DNA of 64,000 nucleotides from positions 128,001 through 192,000 of the forward strand of contig JAWOEX010000010.1 of the NCBI GenBank assembly GCA_046482545.1, written 5' to 3'. This DNA is from Candidatus Thorarchaeota archaeon. GTDB lineage: Archaea > Asgardarchaeota > Thorarchaeia > Thorarchaeales > Thorarchaeaceae. The translations under genes and the position numbers were made by a program. This document shows, one piece after another, positions 9,341 through 19,139 of this stretch. The notes beneath the pieces are model-generated. The model was not told the origin of the DNA. It searched no databases and saw only the letters and a program-made list of their open reading frames with translations. How positions within the stretch are numbered: position 1 is the first letter of the stretch; each line of letters starts with the position of its first letter.

Positions 9341-10933
9341 CTATGCAGGCTTCGGCCTGATATCATGAACTTCCATGAACTTCATGCCTCCTGCCTTTTC
9401 TAGTAGTTCCTCAAAGGACAACACAAACACGCGCGGAGTAACTTCAGTTGCGTTCTTGGTTACAGTTTGTATTTCTGAAACCAATGCGTGCTCATCAACT
9501 TCTTCTTTCTCGCTTGGGGCAACATAAAGGTTGAGTACGTCCATACTATAAGGATCACTCATATCCTCCTTTGCCACTTCAATCTGCACTTCGTCGACCA
9601 TATCTATTGAAAGCAAATCACTTCTCAGAGCAGTGAGATTCACCGTTGCCCCTTTCACTTTCTTCTCGCTCAACCCCATTATGTCAAGTTGAGCGCGAGC
9701 ATCGTTTTCTCGGCCAATATCCCAGAAGTAAGGACCATCCATGCCACAATTTGGACATTTGCCGCGCTCATGTTCAGCAGCTACATCGCCAAGCAGGAAT
9801 CCTTCAACAACAGTGCCTGTGCCGTCGAGGTGGAAGAGGGTTACATGACCCGGCTCGCCCTCGCTTACGAAATCGTATGTACCGTCATCATTGAAGGTGG
9901 CATACCTGAAAGCTAGCATCAATGGAGAAACATTGTGATACGGACCATCCAAACCACATTGCACAGCAAACGAAATCTTCGTTTCTGACGAGGCATATCC
10001 TCCAACAACCCTAACTTCTTTCGCCCCCTTTTCTTTTAAGATGTGTATCATGTCTTCAACTACAGGCGGATAGATTTTCTCGCCAGCTAGGAGAATAACA
10101 ACTTTCTCAGGAGCATCATAGTCAGATTTCTCCATAGCCTTAAAGAATCGATTCCGGAGGTAGCTAGGCATTCCGGCAAATCCGTTGGCCTTGAACACTT
10201 GTGCCATTTCTACCAGTTTCTCACTGGGTATGGCTCCCCCAGCGCTTGTCGCCAGATAAAATTTGGACATCTGCTTGAGACCTCGATTTACAGCATGCCA
10301 ACCAAGATGGGGAGCATATGGGAAAAGATTCATGCTTACAAGCTCCCAGCCGCTATCTATCCACGGATCAACAGCCATCTGGCCAACCTTGACGCAGTTC
10401 TTTTGCAGTAAGTCATTGTCATGTCTTGTCAAGAACACAGGTGAAGGTAGTCCGGACGATCTACCCGAGCTAAGCCAAAATTGGAGTGGTGCATAGGTAG
10501 TGGTGACCTGTTCCCTTATTCGCTCCTCTGCTCCGTCCTTCCCTATGTGAAGCTTCACCCTGATACCATCATTGCGGAGAGTCTTATACTTGTCTTCATA
10601 TCCAGCGGCCTTGTAGTAGTTCATCAGGTTGCGTACAATTTCAGAAGGCTCACGTTCTTTACCATCCACCTCAGACGGATTAAGCACAAATGACCGGAGA
10701 TTATTTTTGTATTCGAGCTTCCGAACCAATGGTAGCTGATACTTGGCCCAGTCGTCTATACAGGTTATGTCCCAAGGATCCACGTCGTGTTCTTTGAACA
10801 TCCTACGGTAATATGGATGATTGGGCCAGACTTGATAACGGATGAACGCTTTGAATTTCTTCTCCTGCATGCGCTGGATTTCTTTGTGGTTGGTCTTCTT
10901 CAGTTCTTCAAATGTGAATGTACTGCGGGTCAT
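9341..10933 (-). CDS. Phenylacetate-CoA ligase-like (PaaK-type) adenylate-forming enzyme
   Basis: PYYRRMF, LPLVRK, SSGRSSGLP P-loop, GGYASSE, GD, KVKGATV motifs. Confidence 0.8.
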   Translation of the reverse strand: MTRSTFTFEELKKTNHKEIQRMQEKKFKAFIRYQVWPNHPYYRRMFKEHDVDPWDITCIDDWAKYQLPLVRKLEYKNNLRSFVLNPSEVDGKEREPSEIVRNLMNYYKAAGYEDKYKTLRNDGIRVKLHIGKDGAEERIREQVTTTYAPLQFWLSSGRSSGLPSPVFLTRHDNDLLQKNCVKVGQMAVDPWIDSGWELVSMNLFPYAPHLGWHAVNRGLKQMSKFYLATSAGGAIPSEKLVEMAQVFKANGFAGMPSYLRNRFFKAMEKSDYDAPEKVVILLAGEKIYPPVVEDMIHILKEKGAKEVRVVGGYASSETKISFAVQCGLDGPYHNVSPLMLAFRYATFNDDGTYDFVSEGEPGHVTLFHLDGTGTVVEGFLLGDVAAEHERGKCPNCGMDGPYFWDIGRENDARAQLDIMGLSEKKVKGATVNLTALRSDLLSIDMVDEVQIEVAKEDMSDPYSMDVLNLYVAPSEKEEVDEHALVSEIQTVTKNATEVTPRVFVLSFEELLEKAGGMKFMEVHDIRPKPA

Positions 10934-11267
10934 TGTTCGACAAGCTCCGAAAGTTTCTACGTCAAGGTTGAGAGTTGATTCAACTAGTGAAAATAAAGAT
11001 TGTGTGCCAAGTAGTTTGTCGAATTTACATCATGGGGTACCAACCAATCTGAATCTATCTTCTTGCAACGTATAAGAGGCATACGGATAATATAAGAACA
11101 CTCCATACTATCTAGGAAAGGGTTTGTTTTGGGAATATCGTACACGCTGAAAAGAAAAAGGTACGGATAAATCCTGCAGGTGAATCTCAAAACAGATTCC
11201 AAACACTATAATACACGAAACTATTATGAGTTTATCAAATCATGAGCAATCATGGGGCGATTGATCA

Positions 11268-11696
11268 TTGTCCACCAGCGATGAAAAACTGCAAAACGCG
11301 ATAATTCAGCTAGATCAGGGTAATGATAAGAAAGCGTTCAACCTGTTCAAGGAAGTGTACGAAGAAAGGCATGACAAGCTGATTACAAAGGTGCAGGAAA
11401 ATCCTAAGTCGCCCACGCTTATGCTGGATTCCCTGTACATGGTTCACGCCCTAGTATGGCTGAGAGTAGCAGAAGCAGGAGTCAACAAAGAAAAAAGTAT
11501 GGAACTCCTTGGCAAAGCAGTGGGAACCATTGAATCAGCCAGAGCCGCCTTTGGACCACTCGTTACTGGTTTGGCGCAATGGGCTCAGGAAAAGAACATA
11601 CAAGTGGTGCACAAGAAAGCAAGAAGCTTGCTTGAAATCACCAAAGATTTGGAAGACATGACCAAGAAGGCATTAGAAGCGCGACGTAAGATGTAA
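11268..11696 (+). CDS. Hypothetical all-helical (TPR-like) protein
   Basis: 142-aa ORF with amphipathic helices. Confidence 0.75.
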   Translation: MSTSDEKLQNAIIQLDQGNDKKAFNLFKEVYEERHDKLITKVQENPKSPTLMLDSLYMVHALVWLRVAEAGVNKEKSMELLGKAVGTIESARAAFGPLVTGLAQWAQEKNIQVVHKKARSLLEITKDLEDMTKKALEARRKM

Positions 11697-11802
11697 CCTG
11701 TGATGGAAACGTCTAAAAAACAGTAAAACTCGGGCGCTTTCACAAAGTCCATAAATATAAGGCAAACGCAAAATGCAATGTCTGAAAAGTGGAGGTCTAT
11801 AA

Positions 11803-12051
11803 TTGATTACGGCTTTTGTCAGCATGTCAGTCACGCCCGGTTCTGATGAAGAACTGATTACTGAATTTGCTAGAGATGATATCGTTTCAGAAGCATGGCT
11901 CACCACCGGCGAATTCGATGTCCTTCTTATTCTAGAGGCAGCTGATCAAGAGGAAGTAAATAGCTACGTGAATAACACCGTACGCAATGTCGAGGGTGTA
12001 ATCCGGGTAGTCGTTGCATTTGGCATAGAATCCGTGACGGACAGTGATTAA
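11803..12051 (+). CDS. Lrp/AsnC ligand-binding-domain protein
   Basis: TAFV, TTGEFDVL and VEGV motifs; GGAGG upstream. Confidence 0.85.
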   Translation: MITAFVSMSVTPGSDEELITEFARDDIVSEAWLTTGEFDVLLILEAADQEEVNSYVNNTVRNVEGVIRVVVAFGIESVTDSD

Positions 12052-12386
12052 AACCGATTCATGTATTCAGCCCATTTATCTGCAGGAAACCGTTCCTGCA
12101 TAATCTCAAGCTCAGCAGAAAAAGAATTCTCTAAATCAACATCGAAATGATTGGCTAGCTGAACGAATAGTGATAAGACTTGAGCAAATTCCCGCTCAAT
12201 CTGATTCTTTTCTGGTTCGTCATGGCCAAGTCCAGTGGCTTTGTAGCCCTCTTCAATGAGGATATAGTCAGACAGCTCACCCAGCTCTTCCAAAAGATGA
12301 GTCATGACCAAAGAAGCTGAGAATTTGTTCCAGCCTCGTTCTGTATGGAATTGCTTCAGCATATTTTGGATATCGCTAAGATGCAA
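12048..12386 (-). CDS. MazG-like nucleotide pyrophosphohydrolase
   Basis: ERGW, LLEELGEL, ExA.V...LAN..DVDLE motifs. Confidence 0.85.
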   Translation of the reverse strand: MHLSDIQNMLKQFHTERGWNKFSASLVMTHLLEELGELSDYILIEEGYKATGLGHDEPEKNQIEREFAQVLSLFVQLANHFDVDLENSFSAELEIMQERFPADKWAEYMNRF

Positions 12387-13091
12387 TTATTTCACCTTCT
12401 CTGTGATATTCACCACTTGAGCCGCGGCTTGGTCAAGTGCCTCCTGAGGGGGTTCATCCAAGAATCCCAAGAGAGTATCTTTAGCTAGAGGCGTCCTATG
12501 AAGAAACATAGCTTCACTCACTCGACCCATCAACTCTGCCGGCGGTAACACTCCCACAGCCATCCTCATTCCCGATTCGACTGAGTCGATGTTCGTAAGA
12601 ACTCTCCAAATTCGGCTACCGTCAGTACATCTGCACGCTAGTAGATTATCAGATTCCTCCACATCGGATACTTGAGTAATTTCAACACATAGAATATCTA
12701 TAGCAAAGGCAGGATTCGGTGGCCGAGTTAAACGATTGTGGAAACCGAAAACAACCCTAAAGACATATTCTGTTTCAGCTAGTAATCTCTTCTCGCTGGT
12801 TTTTGTAGGTTTGAAACCACGCTCATCTCTTGCTGTGGTATAGATGCTCTTGAATTTCTTGATCGCATTAGTTAACGTCTTCAACGATTCGCTTGTTCTC
12901 AGCTCCTGTGGTTCCATATACGAGTATTTGATAGCATAATAGGCCTCTTTTGCCTCACCAAGTAAGTTGAGCAGTTGATTATAGTCGACTTGAAAACGCA
13001 ATAGCCTCTTAGAAAATATGCCTTCTAGACGCCTCAGTGCATCTTCAAGTATCAATATTCGTGCATCTTTTGCAGTATCCAAGAAATACAC
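12387..13091 (-). CDS. Archaeal tRNA-binding protein with C-terminal EMAP/OB domain
   Basis: DTAKDARI, IKYSY, VLTNI, LPPAELMGRVSEAMF motifs. Confidence 0.8.
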   Translation of the reverse strand: MYFLDTAKDARILILEDALRRLEGIFSKRLLRFQVDYNQLLNLLGEAKEAYYAIKYSYMEPQELRTSESLKTLTNAIKKFKSIYTTARDERGFKPTKTSEKRLLAETEYVFRVVFGFHNRLTRPPNPAFAIDILCVEITQVSDVEESDNLLACRCTDGSRIWRVLTNIDSVESGMRMAVGVLPPAELMGRVSEAMFLHRTPLAKDTLLGFLDEPPQEALDQAAAQVVNITEKVK

Positions 13092-13305
13092 CGAAGGATG
13101 ATTCTAGATTGGAGATAAAAAGGGTATCTCTGAATGTGAGTTTGCCAAGAAACAAAAATAATTTCACTCTGACCCTTCTGCGAGGCAGCGAGGCGTCTTA
13201 GGGAGCCCTCGGAGATATGACATACACCGTAAACCTATCCGGGCAAGTGATATATAGCCAAGAGGTTAAACCTATTCAGGCACAGGCAAGTGGAGATAGA
13301 GTGAC

Positions 13306-13923
13306 ATGATGCAAGCTGTTTACGTGCTGGTGGCTGACAGCGGCCTCTGCGTTCTGGACCGAAAGTACGGAACAGCAGAAATGGACCCAAATCTGATCAG
13401 TGGATTTCTCACTGCATTGATGCAGTTTGGAGATGAGCTTAGCTCGGGAAATCGTGTTCACGTTATTGACTTTCGTGATTTCGATATATGCCTCTCCTTG
13501 AGGAATAATATCATGGTTGCCGCGGCTATTGACAAAACTGATGATGGTAATGCCGCCATGGCTTTGCTTGCTGATATCAATAACGCATTCGTCAACAAAT
13601 ATTCGGATGTATTAGAGGGGTGGGATGGAAATCTTCAACCCTTTCAAGGATTCACTGAAACCATAGATGAGATTACGCAAAAGGGGAAAGCATCCGAGAA
13701 GAAGGTTATGGTGCCTATTCTTGACGGGAGAGTCTCACCTATGCTGGTTAGGCTGGGCCAGATGAAGCAGTCCACCTATGATGTAGCTGAGATGTGTGAG
13801 GGAAAATTGACTCCTAGAGCTATAGCTGACCAGCTTGGTGTCAAAGTCAAAGAGGTTCAGAAGAACCTACACAAGCTTGAAGACATGGATATGCTCGAAT
13901 GGGTGGAAATTGGCAAGGAATAG
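13306..13923 (+). CDS. Longin-like domain plus C-terminal winged helix
   Basis: VYVL..SGLCV..Y..DPNLISGFLTAL.QF longin motif; C-terminal C.GK.T...IA..LG...V...L..LE. Confidence 0.8.
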   Translation: MMQAVYVLVADSGLCVLDRKYGTAEMDPNLISGFLTALMQFGDELSSGNRVHVIDFRDFDICLSLRNNIMVAAAIDKTDDGNAAMALLADINNAFVNKYSDVLEGWDGNLQPFQGFTETIDEITQKGKASEKKVMVPILDGRVSPMLVRLGQMKQSTYDVAEMCEGKLTPRAIADQLGVKVKEVQKNLHKLEDMDMLEWVEIGKE

Positions 13924-13991
13924 AGATATCCTTTAAGCAGTCTGATGCTGTATTCTTGATTTAAACAAATGTGATCGTTCTAGAACGACTC

Positions 13992-14711
13992 CTACTGTGC
14001 CTGTCCCCATTCATTACCTGTGGCAATAAGAATCAGACCAATAACTATCAAGCCAGGCGCCAGTACACCAGGAATAGTGTAGGTTCCAAAAACGGAATCC
14101 ATCAGGAAATGCCTTCCGGCGTGCACAACTCTGCCCGCAAATAGAACTAAGAATCCCAAGCCAAGCAAGAAATTCGACTTCCGCAGCATACCCCCTGACA
14201 CCCAAGCAAGGTACCAGAATAGGAGGGGGATGAAGAGAGCGTATACAACTCCTGCTAAACCTGAGAGTAGTAATCTCTGTATGTCGGTAAGCGGATAAAA
14301 TGCAAGCACAAAACCAATGATGACAGCGGGAATAGCAAACAGGATTTCAGCCCCCCTCTGACCGAAAATCATGAACCCCGCCGTCGCAGACAGGATTGCT
14401 AAAGCCATCCACTGGAAGAAAGCCCCGGCACTAATCCATGGTGAAAGCTCAGGAAGGAAAGGATTCAATCCAAATGCAGGCAAATCTCCATATAGCGAGG
14501 TTGGATCTGCGTAGAAGTCACCCACAAAGTAGAAACATCGTCCAAGAGCAAGCAACAGGAAGAACAGTGCCATGGCGAGCTGGAATGGGTTTTTACTATG
14601 GCGATATCGGAAGAAAAGTAGGAACAAGAATATGAAGAAATAGTAGCCGACAACGAGGAACCATAGGCCAACATGCACTTCACGGATAACCAGATCTAGA
14701 GTTTGTAGCAT
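13992..14711 (-). CDS. Seven-TM membrane protein of unknown function
   Basis: About seven hydrophobic segments; GRCFYFVGDFY motif; ATG at 14711 preferred. Confidence 0.8.
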   Translation of the reverse strand: MLQTLDLVIREVHVGLWFLVVGYYFFIFLFLLFFRYRHSKNPFQLAMALFFLLLALGRCFYFVGDFYADPTSLYGDLPAFGLNPFLPELSPWISAGAFFQWMALAILSATAGFMIFGQRGAEILFAIPAVIIGFVLAFYPLTDIQRLLLSGLAGVVYALFIPLLFWYLAWVSGGMLRKSNFLLGLGFLVLFAGRVVHAGRHFLMDSVFGTYTIPGVLAPGLIVIGLILIATGNEWGQAQ

Positions 14712-14883
14712 TATGTGATATTCTCCTTTGTGGATTCGGTCAAAGTGTAGTAAGCACAACTGTATACTCTACCAAGTATTGGAACCAACAAATAAAGATA
14801 TTCTCTCTGGGGTGTATAAGCAAGTAATCCCTATATTATTATCATACGAAGCCTAAATTGCTGTCTGCTTGAGAGGAAGTAAC

Positions 14884-15279
14884 ATGTGGAAACTAAAAGG
14901 CACAAACAATGTTGAGGAGTTTTATGATATCCGCATGAAGGTGGGCAACAAAATCATTCGGTCATATCTGCTTGACAAATCTTTCAAAGAGAACCGTGTC
15001 GACAAAACAAAGCTTTCTCTGAGGGGACCCAAGAATGATTTCTTTGATGCAGCCAAGTTCTTGGTCGTGAGGATTCATAAAGATGATGAATCGTATGCCT
15101 TCTTGATTCAAGCAGGAGTCTATTCGAACCTTAGAATAGTTGGGTCTAATTCAGAGAAAATCACCAGATTAAAGTCAGATGAAATAGTTGACCTGGTGAC
15201 AGAACCTCTTGAGAATCCTTCCAAATACGATTGCAGAATAACTCTGAGTGATGACACAAAAGTAACCGCTTCTACCTAA
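14884..15279 (+). CDS. Hypothetical protein
   Basis: Open frame; GAGG before ATG 14884. Confidence 0.75.
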   Translation: MWKLKGTNNVEEFYDIRMKVGNKIIRSYLLDKSFKENRVDKTKLSLRGPKNDFFDAAKFLVVRIHKDDESYAFLIQAGVYSNLRIVGSNSEKITRLKSDEIVDLVTEPLENPSKYDCRITLSDDTKVTAST

Positions 15280-15325
15280 TCGACAAGACACTTGACGATA
15301 ACCCAAGGGGAGGAGAGAACGAAAA

Positions 15326-15514
15326 ATGCTAAGGAAAGTCGTCTGTCCTGTGTGTTCAAAAAGTTTGGAAGTAAAAGTCACGAAGGACATGATTAAGGAT
15401 GAGGAACGATTCCCCGTGACCGTTCGAATTGAGCACGGACAGCACTATTTCTATGTAAACCTTGATAGCAAGGCGGCAATAACAGATATTCTGCATCCAG
15501 ACCTTGTTCAATAG
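15326..15514 (+). CDS. Small Zn-ribbon-like protein
   Basis: CPVC...HGQH metal ligands; GGAGG upstream. Confidence 0.75.
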   Translation: MLRKVVCPVCSKSLEVKVTKDMIKDEERFPVTVRIEHGQHYFYVNLDSKAAITDILHPDLVQ

Positions 15515-15516
15515 GC

Positions 15517-16293
15517 CTAACCAATGTATCTTTCGGGAGGTTTCTGGTCCACTTCACCAGATGATATTTCTCTCTGAGATAGCTCTTCCTCAGCCCATTC
15601 GATGAGCTCTTCTACGCGCCTTGTTTTCTCCTCAAGAATACTGAAATCAGCCTTCAATCCTACTAAGTCACTAAATCGTTCTACTAGAGCCTTTGAGGAA
15701 CGGTAATCCAGCTTGACAACACCCAGAGTTTCTCCGAGAAGGCAAGCGCCCTCCATGTCATACATCGTTGCGGCCCATGAAGGAATAACACCATTGGCAC
15801 CAGTGATAACACCATTCTCTGTTGCAACAGCACCAGGCATCTCCATTATTTCTTCGAGTAGCGCATCTGAGCTGGCGGAAGCAAAAACACGCGGCGGTTT
15901 TGGATAATGGGCGAAGAAGCTTTTGTATTCCTGTTCATAAGCTGCGAGAGCATACACGTTGGATATGCCTATCTTGGTGAACTCCTGAATGACATAGTCA
16001 GCATACTCTAAGACACCACCCTCGGACTGGGGTTGGAAGTCAGCAGTAAGGAGGATAATGTCATGGCTCTCATCTGGTGCAGATCTGTAAAGATGCATTG
16101 ATGAGCGGGGAAAATGCGATCGGCCATTCCTAACCAGTATTTTTGGAGGAAAGTATTTGCTGAAGAAATCGGAGATGTGCCTTGCATCAAGAACTTGACG
16201 TAGCGTTTCCACGGAAATCTTGCCAACAGCGCCTATCCCTGGCAATCCTACCACAGCAATCGGGTCACTTAGTGACTTCGGGTCAATATCCAT
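15517..16293 (-). CDS. PAC2-family proteasome assembly chaperone
   Basis: GLPGIGAVGKI, DFQP, ITGANG, GACLLGET motifs; C-terminal YIG. Confidence 0.9.
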   Translation of the reverse strand: MDIDPKSLSDPIAVVGLPGIGAVGKISVETLRQVLDARHISDFFSKYFPPKILVRNGRSHFPRSSMHLYRSAPDESHDIILLTADFQPQSEGGVLEYADYVIQEFTKIGISNVYALAAYEQEYKSFFAHYPKPPRVFASASSDALLEEIMEMPGAVATENGVITGANGVIPSWAATMYDMEGACLLGETLGVVKLDYRSSKALVERFSDLVGLKADFSILEEKTRRVEELIEWAEEELSQREISSGEVDQKPPERYIG

Positions 16294-16374
16294 GAAGTAG
16301 CGGCTATACAATGTCTCTTAGCACCTGTCATATTCCCTTGTAAATGGTTGCTTTTGGCCCTATTGGTTTCGTCT

Positions 16375-17127
16375 TCATAGATTGTAGAATTCTAGGGCAT
16401 TACTGGTAGTTATTTGCGCAATTTCGTCTTCCGGGAGGTCTAAGTGCTTTGCGAGCTTCTTACACCCAATTCTTATGTTGGCAGGTTCATTCCTATCACC
16501 TGTCGGGGATAGATAAGGGCCATCCGTCTCCAACATAATCTGATCGATCGTCATAACCTCGGCAGCTTTCCGTCGTTTTCGGTATTTATCAAAATTGGCG
16601 GGGAGTGTAATGTACCAGCCGTTATCTCGAACACGTTGGGCCACTTTAGCAGCGCCTTCAAAGCAATGCATGAGCACATTACCGTCGAAAAGTTCTTCCA
16701 GAATATTTGTTGCATCAGCTTCGGCGTCCCTAGAATGGATAACGATCGGAAGATCCAGCTCTTCGGCTAGGTCTATGAAATCAACAAATATCTCTTTCTG
16801 AACTTGACGCTTCTGCTCATCTTTCACCCAGTGATAATCCAGACCAATCTCTCCCACGGCCACAATATCATCCGCATACTTTCTTGTCATATCCATTATG
16901 GATTCGGCTTCATCTCTCGTAAGTCGGCTGACTTGAGTTCCCGGGCTATGATAAACAAATGAGGAGTATTTCTTGAGTAAACCGAGTGTTCTCCTGAATG
17001 AGGCGGTGCCTATAGAACAGGTGACCATACCCACAAGTCCAGCATCCTTAGCCCTTTGGATAACTTGTTCACGATCGTGCCGATAGTGGCGCATATCAAG
17101 ATGGGTGTGTGCGTCGAATAAATCCAT
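16375..17127 (-). CDS. tatD: TatD family hydrolase/DNase
   Basis: DAHTH, GEIGLDY, IHSR, HCF, ETDGPY motifs. Confidence 0.95.
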   Translation of the reverse strand: MDLFDAHTHLDMRHYRHDREQVIQRAKDAGLVGMVTCSIGTASFRRTLGLLKKYSSFVYHSPGTQVSRLTRDEAESIMDMTRKYADDIVAVGEIGLDYHWVKDEQKRQVQKEIFVDFIDLAEELDLPIVIHSRDAEADATNILEELFDGNVLMHCFEGAAKVAQRVRDNGWYITLPANFDKYRKRRKAAEVMTIDQIMLETDGPYLSPTGDRNEPANIRIGCKKLAKHLDLPEDEIAQITTSNALEFYNL

Positions 17128-17160
17128 GATTATTGCCCCCGTTAGTGCCATTGGTATAAG

Positions 17161-17577
17161 CTAAGGAGTGGATTCCTTGTCCTTCTTGATTGCTTTGCGA
17201 ACATAGCTGGCAAAATCAGATGTCTCGCCATCTCGCTGAATCTTTATTTTGGGGCCTTCGCCTTTCAAGCGGCGTTCGATGTATCTAATCTCTTGCCGTC
17301 CTATTTGCCTCCTAATCCCTCTATAGACTATGATGGACAGAACGATACTTTCAATTCTGGATCCGATAGAAGCCTGATTTTGCTTGAGTGCGTCAAGATA
17401 CGAAAGTGCATCTGGGGTGAGAAACTTCTGTAAGATTCGTTCTCGTTCGGCCTGACTCTTCTGCTCACGCTCTTTCTGTGCTTTGAGTTTCTTTTCGCGA
17501 GCTATCATCTTGGCCATCTTTTTTCTCCTGAGCATAGCCAATTCAGGATCTTCAGGGTCATTGTCGTCCATTTCCAT
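17161..17577 (-). CDS. PDCD5-like DNA-binding protein
   Basis: DPELAMLRRKKM..ILQKFLTPDA..L..LK; C-terminal KIKIQR. Confidence 0.75.
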   Translation of the reverse strand: MEMDDNDPEDPELAMLRRKKMAKMIAREKKLKAQKEREQKSQAERERILQKFLTPDALSYLDALKQNQASIGSRIESIVLSIIVYRGIRRQIGRQEIRYIERRLKGEGPKIKIQRDGETSDFASYVRKAIKKDKESTP

Positions 17578-17770
17578 GACTTCGAAGCAACCCTCTAGAT
17601 TAGCCTGAAAAGGCTACCGATACGGAGGTGTGTTCATTCGGAATGAAGATGGAGTTGTATCTTTGCGAGAGTAGATTGAGCAAGTTCATAGTTTTCCTCC
17701 ACAATTCTCGCAATACAATCTACCTAGTTCGTTCTTGGTTCCCCAATGAGGGCAAACGACAAGATACTTC

Positions 17771-18055
17771 TCAGTCCTGATTTCTCGTTCGGTAATTCGA
17801 GACTTTTTCAGGCTCATGTGGTGTCCTTCCTCCACTATCCTTGGTTCTAAAGGAGTATGCTACACCAATTGCTAGGACCCCATCCATCAGCATGAGACCA
17901 ATAACAAGCTCATCTGAAGTGATAGGATATCCCTCACCATTGCTGTCAGTTGTTACTTCCTTGCCGTCATCCGTTTCGTCTGTGGTTGTCCCAGCTTGTG
18001 TTGCGGTGGTCGTAGTTGTTGTGGTTTCAGTAGTTGCAGTAATATCTGCCGTTCT
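17771..18055 (-). pseudogene. 3' remnant of a cell-surface protein (Thr-rich linker plus degenerate TM anchor)
   Basis: TATTETTTTTTTAT linker then LVIGLMLMDGVLAIGVAY; the 5' part is replaced by the repeat end at 18056. Confidence 0.6.
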
Positions 18056-18090
18056 GATAACCCGTTTCTTACAGTTGGGTGAACTCAACT
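18056..18090 (-). repeat. Isolated 3' terminus of the dispersed structured repeat
   Basis: GATAACCCGTTTCTTACAGTTG identical to 53320-53341; AGTTG/CAACT hairpin retained. Confidence 0.85.
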
Positions 18091-18191
18091 ATAGTAAAGG
18101 CTTCTTCCGATGCCGATACAACCAAAGCTTACTTTTTAGGGCAATGTAGAAGACAAGAATGTGATTGAGAGCTAACTCTCGGAGAATGAGA

Positions 18192-19139
18192 ATGTCTGAA
18201 AGTCAGAGATGCAAGTGGCTTGATAGAATCAAGAACGGTTATGCATGCAAAATCCGCAAGCAAGTGCTTCCCTTAGCTGAGGTAACTTCAAAATGCTCCA
18301 AAGCGAAGCTCGCCAAGCTTTGTGTAGGTGCCTATAAAGCCTTGACCGAAGCAGAAGAAGCCGGTCAGAAAAAGAGCACTGATACATTTCCTTGGTTGCT
18401 TCAGGCAGCACGAAACTTCCAGCAACTAGATGAAAAGGACAATGCGATTTTGGCCTTTCGAAGAGGGGTGAATCTCGCCGCGGAAATGGGTCTTGTTGCA
18501 AGAGGATACGACCTTTTCAGACAAGCACGGGAGCTCTTTGAGAGTGGGGTAGATGCCTCTGATGAAGATATTGAACAGATAAAGAAGAGACTTGCCGAGG
18601 CAGGATGGAAATTGATTGAATCAGCTGAGAGAGTCTCCGAACGGGATGTACAAGCAGACCTTCAAGCGGAATTGAAGGCGAGCATCATGGGAGGTCTAAG
18701 CCTAAAGACAGTTGAAAGAGAAGAGGAGGAGCATTTCGTCGTGGTCGACAGGAGAGAACTCTATGCAAAGAAATCAGAGGAATACCGTGAAGGTGCTCAG
18801 AAGTACTTGGAATCAGGCATAGATCACAATGCTATCCTGTTTGCCTGTATGGCCTCAGTCGCGGACCTGATGATGGGGAATGCGAAACGGGGATTAGATT
18901 ATCTCAAAGAATTTGCCAAATCTGAGGGGTTAAAACAAAAGCTACGAAACAACGTTTGTTTCAAATGGGTCAAACTTCTCTTCAAAGGTGCTATAGAGCA
19001 TGACATAGAGGCATTAGATCAAGCACGAACGGTCTTTCTGCAGGTCCCATTCGCTTTCAAGAATGATAGCGAATTCGGTAGACGCGTGATGGATAGCATT
19101 TACAGAAAAGTTAACGAGGAATCCGAAGTTTCGAAATGA
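18192..19139 (+). CDS. Cys-rich N-terminus plus SNAP/TPR-like helical repeat protein
   Basis: Four Cys in the first ~45 aa; AARNFQQL..KDNAILAF and YREGAQKYLESG repeats. Confidence 0.75.
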   Translation: MSESQRCKWLDRIKNGYACKIRKQVLPLAEVTSKCSKAKLAKLCVGAYKALTEAEEAGQKKSTDTFPWLLQAARNFQQLDEKDNAILAFRRGVNLAAEMGLVARGYDLFRQARELFESGVDASDEDIEQIKKRLAEAGWKLIESAERVSERDVQADLQAELKASIMGGLSLKTVEREEEEHFVVVDRRELYAKKSEEYREGAQKYLESGIDHNAILFACMASVADLMMGNAKRGLDYLKEFAKSEGLKQKLRNNVCFKWVKLLFKGAIEHDIEALDQARTVFLQVPFAFKNDSEFGRRVMDSIYRKVNEESEVSK

